This document shows positions 1-8,468 of a DNA stretch of 64,000 bases, in pieces. Both the position numbers and the translations under genes were made by a program. The notes beneath the pieces were generated by a model. It had not been told where the DNA came from and made no database searches. It worked only from the letters and a program-made list of their open reading frames with translations. Positions within the stretch are counted from its first letter, which is position 1. Every line of letters begins with the position of its first letter. Origin of the DNA: an uncultured Bacteroides sp. (GTDB taxonomy: Bacteria > Bacteroidota > Bacteroidia > Bacteroidales > Bacteroidaceae); assembly GCF_902472605.1 (NCBI RefSeq), contig NZ_CABROP010000009.1, forward strand, positions 4,434 through 68,433, written 5' to 3'.

Positions 1-1
1 G

Positions 2-2392
2 GCTTATGTAGCCCGGCAAAAAGAAATATGGATTGGTACCGACGGAGGAGGATTGCTGTGCTATCAGTTGGCAGGTAAGAATCTTGTGCCCTATACTACT
101 CGTGAAGGATTGCCGTCGAATTATATTATGGCCATACAGGCAGATAGCCTGCAGCGTTTGTGGGTCTCTACGGAAAATGCCGGATTGTTTGTGTTTGATA
201 CAAAATCAGATAAAATGGTTTCCTCCTTAAGACGCCATGAGGGATTGTTCTTCAATGAGTTCTTTCCAGGGGCTTCGTGTTTGCTCCTTAACGGGAGTTT
301 TGCGTTCGGCGGATATTATGGAGCGCTTGTCTTTTCTCCTTTGTCGGCCTCTCTGCATTCCGTGATTCGTAAAATCTGTTTTACAGACTTGAAGGTTGGT
401 TCGGAAGAGGTTACCATGGTTTCCCATCCGGATATTCTAGACGTTCCTTTGAATCAAGTGAAAGAGTTGCGAATTCCATATAAGACCCGTTCGTTTGCTT
501 TATCGATTAGTACGGATGACTTGTATAATCAATATGCCTCTCAATTTCGTTGGCGTTTGGTGGGTAGTTCAGAGGAATGGAATTTCTTGGATCCACGACA
601 TGCCATTCGTTTGACAAATCTTGCGCCAGGAACCTATACGCTTCAGATAAAAGGAGAGGACCCAGAGTCGGGTACGACTATAGAACGTAGCGTCCGGATT
701 GTGGTGGAGCAAGTGGTATGGTTACGTTGGTATATGTTGCTTGTGTATGCATTGGTACTTTGTGGGTTTATTTATTGGGGGATTATGACTTATAAGAGTT
801 ATGTGGAGAGACTGCATTTTGAAGAAAAAATTAATTTCTTCATTAACGTGGCGCATGACATTAAAACGCCGTTGACTTTGGTGGCGGCACCTTTGGACAA
901 ACTCAGCAAGTTGATAGACAAGCCGGATGAAAGGGATGAACAGGTATATTTGTTGGCTACGGCCCGAAACAGTGTGAGACATCTTTGGAATATTGTCAAC
1001 CAATTGATGGATTTGAATAAGCTGAATGTGCAGAAAGATGATTTGTTCAAACCGAATATTGTTGACTTGAAGCAATATGTAGGTTTGTTGGATTATGATT
1101 ATCATCAGCTGGCAGAAGAAAAGGGACTTTATTTTAAGGTGAACAATTGTCCTGAAAGTTGTCTGGTTAATGTGGAGCCCGGATTGTTGAATCGGATTTT
1201 GGACAATTTGCTGTCGAATGCGTTGAAATATACTTTTGAAGGAGGCGTGACCGTTACTTTGCGGCTGGCGGGGAACTATGCGGTCATAGAAGTAGAGGAT
1301 ACGGGTATCGGCATTTCTCCTGTGTCTGCCAAAAAGATTTTTCGGTTTTTCCACCGCGGGGCGAATGCGATAGACAAGAGCATACCGGGTAGCGGTGTCG
1401 GATTATTTTTTACATATAGTCTGGTAAAGAAAATAGGTGGGAAGCTTTCTTTTAAGAGTACGTTGAATGTAGGTTCCACGTTTTATCTTTCCTTGCCTTT
1501 GGTAAAGAAAGGCCGGCAGTCGGATGAATCTTCTGTGGAATTCGGGGAAAAACAACCGGGAATGCCTTTGAGGTCTGCTTCTTATTCATCGAATAAGGAA
1601 ACTATTTTGGTGGTAGAGGATACTCAGGAACTGCGTGAATATTTGTTTCATGCCCTGTCTGCATCTTATAATGTAGTGGGGGCAGGTTCGGCAGAAGAGG
1701 GCATGGAAATATTGCAGAAGCAGAGTGTCGATTTGGTTATCAGTGATGTCATGATGCCCGGAATGCGGGGAGATACATTTTGCAAGCAGCTTAAGAATCA
1801 TATAGAGACCTCACACATACCTGTGATTCTGCTGACCGCCAATACCGACAAGGAAACACAAACTTTGGGATTGAGTGTGGGAGCTGACGACTATATTACG
1901 AAGCCTTTTGACATGGAGATTTTGGAACTGAAGATACGTAACGTCTTTGTCAACCGTCGTAAACTGCATTCTTATTATTTGTCGAAGATGAGTATGAAGA
2001 AGCTGGAAAGCATTCCCCATATGGACACAAAGGCTTTGCAGGGCGACATTGATACCTTGTTTTTGCAAAAGATTACACAGGTAATTCAGGGAAATATCTC
2101 TAATTCAGAGTTTACTGTCAATGACTTATGCAATGCGGTAGCCTTGAGCAGAACTTTGCTTTATGAAAAGACCCGTAAACTATTGGGTATGGCTCCCAAT
2201 GATTTGATAAGGGAAATGCGAATGAAACAAGCTAAATCATTGTTGGAGGGAGGTTGTCTTTCTGTTACTGCGGTAGCCATTCAGTGTGGTTACCCCGACG
2301 TACGTTATTTCAGCACTGTATTTAAGAAATATTATGGGGTTTCACCGAGCAAAGTCATTACGGGAAACAATAAAGGAGAGCAGGATAAATAG
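2..2392 (+). CDS. Hybrid two-component sensor/regulator (HTCS), 5'-truncated by window edge
   Basis: Frame open from base 2 (IWIGTDGGGL beta-propeller repeat). Y_Y_Y domain (LAPGTYTLQIKG), TM helix, HisKA (NVAHDIKTPL), HATPase (NLLSNALKYT, DTGIGI, GSGVGL), receiver (ISDVMMP) and AraC HTH (YFSTVFKKYYGVSP). Confidence 0.95.
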   Translation, partial: AYVARQKEIWIGTDGGGLLCYQLAGKNLVPYTTREGLPSNYIMAIQADSLQRLWVSTENAGLFVFDTKSDKMVSSLRRHEGLFFNEFFPGASCLLLNGSFAFGGYYGALVFSPLSASLHSVIRKICFTDLKVGSEEVTMVSHPDILDVPLNQVKELRIPYKTRSFALSISTDDLYNQYASQFRWRLVGSSEEWNFLDPRHAIRLTNLAPGTYTLQIKGEDPESGTTIERSVRIVVEQVVWLRWYMLLVYALVLCGFIYWGIMTYKSYVERLHFEEKINFFINVAHDIKTPLTLVAAPLDKLSKLIDKPDERDEQVYLLATARNSVRHLWNIVNQLMDLNKLNVQKDDLFKPNIVDLKQYVGLLDYDYHQLAEEKGLYFKVNNCPESCLVNVEPGLLNRILDNLLSNALKYTFEGGVTVTLRLAGNYAVIEVEDTGIGISPVSAKKIFRFFHRGANAIDKSIPGSGVGLFFTYSLVKKIGGKLSFKSTLNVGSTFYLSLPLVKKGRQSDESSVEFGEKQPGMPLRSASYSSNKETILVVEDTQELREYLFHALSASYNVVGAGSAEEGMEILQKQSVDLVISDVMMPGMRGDTFCKQLKNHIETSHIPVILLTANTDKETQTLGLSVGADDYITKPFDMEILELKIRNVFVNRRKLHSYYLSKMSMKKLESIPHMDTKALQGDIDTLFLQKITQVIQGNISNSEFTVNDLCNAVALSRTLLYEKTRKLLGMAPNDLIREMRMKQAKSLLEGGCLSVTAVAIQCGYPDVRYFSTVFKKYYGVSPSKVITGNNKGEQDK

Positions 2393-2447
2393 TGTTTTGT
2401 AACTGCTTCTTAATCAGTGAAAGAAGTCAGAAAGGATGGTTCGTTCC

Positions 2448-2490
2448 GATAGAAATCCAACATCCTTCTGTTAATTTTCAAACATACATT
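2448..2490 (+). promoter_or_regulatory. Putative HTCS binding site, distal copy
   Basis: gatagaaatccaacatccttctgttaattttcaaacatacatt; 38/43 identical to 2824-2866; contains tc(c/a)aacat direct repeats 22 bp apart. Confidence 0.55.
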
Positions 2491-2823
2491 CTTTTTTCTC
2501 CGAGGTGTCTTCCAGCGGTTTTCTTTCTGTGCTGCAGGTTAAGGTTTGAGGAAAGCTTTTGGGGAGATTTGTTGATATTCTGGCCTTCGGCTGGAGAGGC
2601 GTCTTACAGCCCCGACGGGAAATGTCTTCAGGGTATGGATTTTAATTTTATTTTGAGTACACATGGTTTGCTAACATATTTTTAAACTGCAAAGAAGGGA
2701 CTTGTAGCTTAAATTTTAGCTGTCTTTCTTCATCGGTACAAAGAAAAAGGAGGTTTGAATTCATTCCCTTTTCTTCTTGTTTACAATTTGTATAATACTG
2801 ATAATCAGTTGTATGTGTAAAAT

Positions 2824-2888
2824 GATAGAAATCAAACATCCTTTTGTTAGTTTTCAAACATGCCTTATTATATATGTATTTATTTTTG
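2824..2888 (+). promoter_or_regulatory. PUL promoter: putative HTCS site plus Bacteroidetes -7 element
   Basis: tcaaacat repeats 22 bp apart (within 2824-2866), followed by TAttTTTG at 2881-2888 matching the TAnnTTTG -7 consensus. Confidence 0.65.
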
Positions 2889-2969
2889 CCAGTGCAGAAA
2901 AAGGGAGTATTGTCAACGAAACTTAATCTGCATGAATGTAAGTAACCTGATTGTAAACAATAAATCTTA

Positions 2970-3345
2970 ATGAAAAACATGAAGAACATACTTCGTGAAT
3001 GGAATTCTGTCTGGACTTTGGTGGTTGTTCAAATCTGTGGCAAAATTATCGGGCCGTAAAAGATTTGCATTTATCTGAGTATGACAAGAACCTTATTAAA
3101 AGTTTTCATTATTACCATCCATTTTTACTTACTTATCGTCTGGCAAGTTGGACTGCAGGAGGAGAATATGCAGGAGTCGTACATTATCCAGGTAATGTGG
3201 TTTTGGCGGACGATTTCGATTCACCGTCTGTAACGGTGGCTGACAAGTTTGAATCAAGGCTTCGGTATCATCAAGTAGAGAATGCTCGGTAGGGATATGC
3301 TCAATGTAGTGATGGAAGTAAAAAAGAAAACTAATAGTTGCACAA
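2970..3345 (+). pseudogene. Degraded GH5 glycoside hydrolase remnant
   Basis: SNLWQ...SFHYYHPFLLTYRLASWT..GEYAGVVHYPG aligns with SNMWQ...[29 protein letters not shown] in the GH5 domain at 15742. Frameshift near 3025; neither catalytic Glu motif is present. Confidence 0.8.
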
Positions 3346-3360
3346 TAAATAACTGATATT

Positions 3361-6300
3361 ATGAAACATGTAGTCTTAAAATTTTGGTATATATTGGCAT
3401 TTCTATGCTATATACCAGTGATGTCTTTCGCACAAGCGATTAATGTGAAAGGTGTCGTAGAAGATGAATCGGGGGAAACCTTGATTGGAGTATCTGTACA
3501 GGTTAAAGGAACAGGCACCGGTACGATTACAGACCTTGACGGGCAGTTTGTCTTGTCGTCTGTTTCGCCTGATGCAGTTCTTGTGTTTTCTTATGTGGGG
3601 TATAAGACCTTGGAACTGAAACCGAAAGCTAATATGCAAGTGACAATGACGTCGGATACGCAGAGTTTGGATGAAGTTGTCGTTGTGGCTTATGGCGTAC
3701 AGAAAAAGGTGACGGTGACGGGAGCAGTATCCAACGTCAACAGTAAGGAGTTGTTGAAATCCCCGTCAGCTTCCTTGGGTAATGCATTGGCTGGTAAGTT
3801 GCCGGGTGTGCAGTCCGTTCAATATTCAGGTATCCCGGGTGGTGATGATCCTGTAATCCGTGTACGAGGCGTAGGCTCCTTGAACAGTGCGGAACCGTTG
3901 GTGCTGGTGGATGGTGTAGAACGTCCGTTTAGTCAGTTGGACCCTAATGAGGTGCAGGATATTTCAATTTTGAAGGATGCATCTGCTACTGCAGTGTATG
4001 GTGTACGTGGTGCAAATGGTGTGATTCTGGTGACTACTAAACGTGGAGAAGAAGGTAAGGCTTCTATCTCAGTTTCTGCATCCGCTGGTCTGCAGCAGAT
4101 AACTCAGTTTTTGGACATGACAAATTCTTATACTTATGCCACGGCTTATAATAATGCTCAGCTGGGAGATGGCATCAGTCCTGACGCTGTGCGTTACAGT
4201 CAGACCGCCATTCAGCATTTTAAGGATAGAGACATGCTGAAAGTTTATCCAGACACCAACTGGCTGGATTACATCATGAAAAACAGTGCCTGGCAGACAC
4301 AATATAACGTGTCAATCTCAGGTGGATCAAAAAAAGCAAAATATTTTATTTCAATAGGTGCATTTGACCAGGACGGACTTTTCAAAACCTTTAATGCCGA
4401 CCCGGAAGAGAACTTTAAATATAAACGTTATAATTATCGTGCAAACTTGGATTTGGAACTCTCTAAATATAGTTCATTGGCTATTAATATCGGTGGACGT
4501 CTGGAAAACCGTAACACGATTGGTGACGGAGAAAGCGATTTGTTCCGTTACTTGCATGACGCTCTTCCAATGGCTGGATATGGTATTGACGAAGAGGGAC
4601 GTCGATTGGTGGCAGACCCGGCCATTGTAGGTGGTGAACTGACAAACAACAGCGATGGTTTGGCTCGTTTCTATGATTTGGGATATGTGAAGGAGAGCAA
4701 GAACGTGCTCAACCTGGACTTGCAGTACAATTTGAACCTGGATTTCATTACCAAGGGTTTGTCTTTTAAGATTAAAGGATCATATAACTCAGAATATACG
4801 CAGCAGAAAGACCGTAAGAATGATTTTGGTACGGGCGTTACGTATAAAGTTACTTTGCGTGAAGATGAAAACGGTGTTCAGCAGCCGGTACTGGTGAAAA
4901 GTGGAACCACCTATATTTTGCCTTATGCTGAAAATAAGTGGGGTGACCGTGACTGGTATGCAGAAGCCAGTTTGAACTACTCTCGTTCTTTTGGAAATCA
5001 CGATGTAGGTGCATTGCTGCTTTACAACCAGTCAAAGAGCTATTATCCTAATCAGGATGTTTCTGGAGACCTTTATGTATCTATCCCGTCTGGATATGTA
5101 GGTTTGGTGGGACGTATCACTTATAACTATGCTTCCAAATACATGGTTGATGTGAACATGGGATATAACGGTTCTGAGAACTTTGCTCCTGGAAAACGTT
5201 ACGGATTCTTCCCTTCTGCATCTGTCGGATGGATTCCTTCAGCTGAAAAATTCTGGGAACCGTTGAAGAATGTGATTTCCTATTTGAAGATACGTGCTTC
5301 TATCGGTACGGTAGGTAACGATAAGATTGGAACTTCACGTTTCCTCTATCTGCCGGGCAGTTATAAAATCTTTGATGGATATCCTAATGGAGCAGGATGG
5401 GGTTCTGCAAACTTTGGTACCAATAACAGTACTTGGATGCCTGGGGCATTTGAGACCTCTGTCGGAAATCCGGATGTAACTTGGGAAACAGCTGTAAAGA
5501 AAAATATTGGTCTTGATGCAAAATTCTTTAATGACCGTTTGAGCTTGGGATTGGATTTCTTCTTTGAAGACCGAAAGAACATTTTGGTGAGCAACTCAGC
5601 CATGTTGCCTTCTGTATTGGGTATGAATGCCAGTTCTATCAACTATGGTCGTGTAAAGAATCATGGTTATGAGCTTACTTTGAACTGGACTGACAGAGTG
5701 GGTGAAGTGACTTACTCAATCTCTCCGTCATTGACTTTCGCTCGTAATAAGATTATAGAACAGGCTGAAGTAAAACAGAATTATCCTCATTTGTACCGTA
5801 CTGGGCATCCGGTTGGCCAGCCTTTCGGATACGAATTCTTTGAATTCTATGTACCGGGTGAAACGGAAGCACGCTATAAAGCACAATATGGGGTAGATAT
5901 GCCGAATCAGAATGCAGCTTTGAAAGCAGGTGACTGCGTGTATGTCGACTTGACAGGCGATGGCTTAATTGATTCTGATGATATGCATGCCATTGGTTAT
6001 ACAGATATCCCTGAATACAATGCTTCTGTCAACATGAGTTTGACTTATAAGAACTTTGATATTTCTATGTTGTGGACAGGTGCCACTCACGTAAACCGTC
6101 AGCTTTACTGGTATTATCGTCCTCAGTTTGGTGATACCAACAACTGTGGACTTCTGCAATGGGTGTATGATAACAGCTGGCGCGAAGATAACCGGGATGC
6201 CATATTGCCGAGACTGACATTCTCCAATCAGGCACACAATACGCTTGATTCCAGAGTCTGGTTGGTAGATACTTCTTTCCTGAGATTGAAGAACATTGAA

Positions 6301-6495
6301 ATCGGTTATAACATCCGTAACATTCCGTTCTTGCCGCGTATTTCCAGTGTCAGAGTTTATGTGTCAGGATATAACCTGTTGACATTCACTCCGTTTAAAG
6401 GAAATGACCCGGAAAGTGCCGGTGGTGAATATGGTACATTCATCAAATACCCGATGACACGTATTATTAACTTTGGTGTAAAACTTAATATTTAA
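3361..6495 (+). CDS. susC: SusC/RagA TonB-dependent transporter (1)
   Basis: Signal peptide, CarboxypepD_reg-like N-domain (GTITDLDGQF), plug motif ISILKDASATAVYGVRGANGVILVTTKRG, GSENFAPGKRYGFFPS, C-terminal YPMTRIINFGVKLNI. Confidence 0.97.
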   Translation: MKHVVLKFWYILAFLCYIPVMSFAQAINVKGVVEDESGETLIGVSVQVKGTGTGTITDLDGQFVLSSVSPDAVLVFSYVGYKTLELKPKANMQVTMTSDTQSLDEVVVVAYGVQKKVTVTGAVSNVNSKELLKSPSASLGNALAGKLPGVQSVQYSGIPGGDDPVIRVRGVGSLNSAEPLVLVDGVERPFSQLDPNEVQDISILKDASATAVYGVRGANGVILVTTKRGEEGKASISVSASAGLQQITQFLDMTNSYTYATAYNNAQLGDGISPDAVRYSQTAIQHFKDRDMLKVYPDTNWLDYIMKNSAWQTQYNVSISGGSKKAKYFISIGAFDQDGLFKTFNADPEENFKYKRYNYRANLDLELSKYSSLAINIGGRLENRNTIGDGESDLFRYLHDALPMAGYGIDEEGRRLVADPAIVGGELTNNSDGLARFYDLGYVKESKNVLNLDLQYNLNLDFITKGLSFKIKGSYNSEYTQQKDRKNDFGTGVTYKVTLREDENGVQQPVLVKSGTTYILPYAENKWGDRDWYAEASLNYSRSFGNHDVGALLLYNQSKSYYPNQDVSGDLYVSIPSGYVGLVGRITYNYASKYMVDVNMGYNGSENFAPGKRYGFFPSASVGWIPSAEKFWEPLKNVISYLKIRASIGTVGNDKIGTSRFLYLPGSYKIFDGYPNGAGWGSANFGTNNSTWMPGAFETSVGNPDVTWETAVKKNIGLDAKFFNDRLSLGLDFFFEDRKNILVSNSAMLPSVLGMNASSINYGRVKNHGYELTLNWTDRVGEVTYSISPSLTFARNKIIEQAEVKQNYPHLYRTGHPVGQPFGYEFFEFYVPGETEARYKAQYGVDMPNQNAALKAGDCVYVDLTGDGLIDSDDMHAIGYTDIPEYNASVNMSLTYKNFDISMLWTGATHVNRQLYWYYRPQFGDTNNCGLLQWVYDNSWREDNRDAILPRLTFSNQAHNTLDSRVWLVDTSFLRLKNIEIGYNIRNIPFLPRISSVRVYVSGYNLLTFTPFKGNDPESAGGEYGTFIKYPMTRIINFGVKLNI

Positions 6496-6501
6496 TATAC
6501 C

Positions 6502-8433
6502 ATGAAAAAACTTAGATATTTTATTATAGGTTTAGTAGGATTTACCTTAGGAGGTAATACTTTGGTATCATGCGTGGATGATTTCAATGTAGGAAACTCC
6601 TTTTTGGAGAAAGCGCCGGGCGTAGATGTATCTTTGGATACTATCTTCAGTAAAGCGGAGTATACACGCTATTTCCTTTGGAATCTGTATAACCACATGA
6701 GTTGTCCGTTTTTTGTAAAGGATCAGCTGCAGTCTAGTCCGAATGAAACATTGTCTGATATCTTCCATGCATACAGCTCATGGTCGGGGGCTTATTTGTG
6801 GTATTATCCAGGTAATGCCACAGAAGGTTATCAGGATGGACAGATTAAAGATAAATTTGCCTTTAACTCAGGTAGCGATAATAAACGCTCAATTTATGAA
6901 GCTATTCGTAAGGGCTGGCAGATTATTGAGAACATAGACCGTGTGCCGGATATGTCGGATGAAGAGAAAAGCCGGTTAAGAGGTGAAACTTACGTCATCA
7001 TGGCTACTCGCTACTTGGATGGATTGAAGAACTTCGGAGGACTGCCTTTGATAGACCATGCTTATCAGACTGGTGAATCGTATGATGGCGGCCGTGCTAC
7101 CGTAGAACAGACAGTGAATTTTATTGACAGCTTGCTGTTGAAGGCGATTGATGAACCGGGCTTCCCGTGGGTTCTGGAGGATGTGAACAATGAAGCTGGT
7201 CGAATCACCAAGGCTGCCGCCATGGCGTTGCGTGCCAAACTTTATCTTTATGCGGCTTCTCCGTTGTTCAATGATGATGAGCCTTATATGCAGTTCACCC
7301 GTAAAGAAGACCGGCAGGATATCTTGGCTGTGTGGTATGGTGGCAAACGTCAGGATTTGTGGGAAACTTGCCTGAAGGCTTGTGAAGATTTCTTTAGAGT
7401 AAATCAGGAAAATGGCAATTATTATGGACTGATTGAACCTGCTACACGAGATGAACAGGGTTATTCGGAAGCTTATCGTGCCGGTTACTGGAATCGTGGA
7501 AACAAGGAAAAATTGTTGGAAATCCACAGTACGTATTTGATGGAAGAATGGGGTGACCAGACGTATGGTATCGGTAATGTGGCTCATCAGGGACACTTGA
7601 ATCCTACATTGGAATATATGGAAATGTTCCCGATGGCCGACGGACGTAATTACCCGTATAAAGAAGGGGTCTACAATACGAATAATCCTAATAATATAGA
7701 CATTTTCGCTGACCGTGATCCTCGTTTGTACGAGACTATGTTGGTGAACCGTCCGAAGTTGCGTGAGGACTATCAGGGATTGTCGTCTGTAGGTATATGG
7801 CAAGGAGGAGACATTGACCAGAATACAACCCTGAACGAATGGCGTATCCGTTTTGCCAGTGGTATGGCTCTGTTTAAATGGGTACGTGACTTCTGGAAAA
7901 TGACAAACCTTCCAGCCAACTACGCTTATATGCGTATGGCAGATATGTATTTGATTTATGCAGAAGCTTTGGCTGAAACCGGCAACTTGCAGAAAGCCTG
8001 CGATCAGGTCAATATCGTACGTGACCGTGTCGGATTGGGGAAAATTGAGGTTATGAATCCGGAGTTGCATCTTACGACAAACAAGGATAACCTGATTCAG
8101 GAAATCTTGCGTGAACGTGCATGTGAATTTGGTTTGGAAGATGAACGTCTGTACGATATCATCCGTAGAAAATGCGTTGATAAATTTACTTCTCCGTTGC
8201 ATGAACTGGTTATCTGGCGTAAAACTGCAGATGGACAGAAAGATACGCGTGATGATACAACCTTGAAAGCTGGTGAGCCTTATCCTAACTTCATTTATGA
8301 CAAGCAAGTCATTACTGTTGGAGCACGTAGATGGTGGGAACCTGGTTTCTGGACAAATAAGTGGTTCTTATCTCCATTCCCAAGAACTGAGATAAACAAA
8401 GGATATGGATTGTTCCAAAATCCCGGTTGGTAA
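6502..8433 (+). CDS. susD: SusD/RagB lipoprotein (1)
   Basis: Lipobox LVSC, GRITKAAAMALRAKLYLYAASP, RDPRL, ERACEFGLEDERLYDIIR, terminal QNPGW. Confidence 0.95.
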   Translation: MKKLRYFIIGLVGFTLGGNTLVSCVDDFNVGNSFLEKAPGVDVSLDTIFSKAEYTRYFLWNLYNHMSCPFFVKDQLQSSPNETLSDIFHAYSSWSGAYLWYYPGNATEGYQDGQIKDKFAFNSGSDNKRSIYEAIRKGWQIIENIDRVPDMSDEEKSRLRGETYVIMATRYLDGLKNFGGLPLIDHAYQTGESYDGGRATVEQTVNFIDSLLLKAIDEPGFPWVLEDVNNEAGRITKAAAMALRAKLYLYAASPLFNDDEPYMQFTRKEDRQDILAVWYGGKRQDLWETCLKACEDFFRVNQENGNYYGLIEPATRDEQGYSEAYRAGYWNRGNKEKLLEIHSTYLMEEWGDQTYGIGNVAHQGHLNPTLEYMEMFPMADGRNYPYKEGVYNTNNPNNIDIFADRDPRLYETMLVNRPKLREDYQGLSSVGIWQGGDIDQNTTLNEWRIRFASGMALFKWVRDFWKMTNLPANYAYMRMADMYLIYAEALAETGNLQKACDQVNIVRDRVGLGKIEVMNPELHLTTNKDNLIQEILRERACEFGLEDERLYDIIRRKCVDKFTSPLHELVIWRKTADGQKDTRDDTTLKAGEPYPNFIYDKQVITVGARRWWEPGFWTNKWFLSPFPRTEINKGYGLFQNPGW

Positions 8434-8468
8434 TGTATATAAGATAATAAATAATAAATACGTAGATT

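Noticed and set aside
2392..2989. ORFs 2392-2685 (+) and 2648-2989 (-)
   Set aside because: They overlap operator/promoter DNA and have atypical composition and no motifs.
6976..8307. 443-aa antisense ORF
   Set aside because: Shadow of susD1 with no recognisable motifs.
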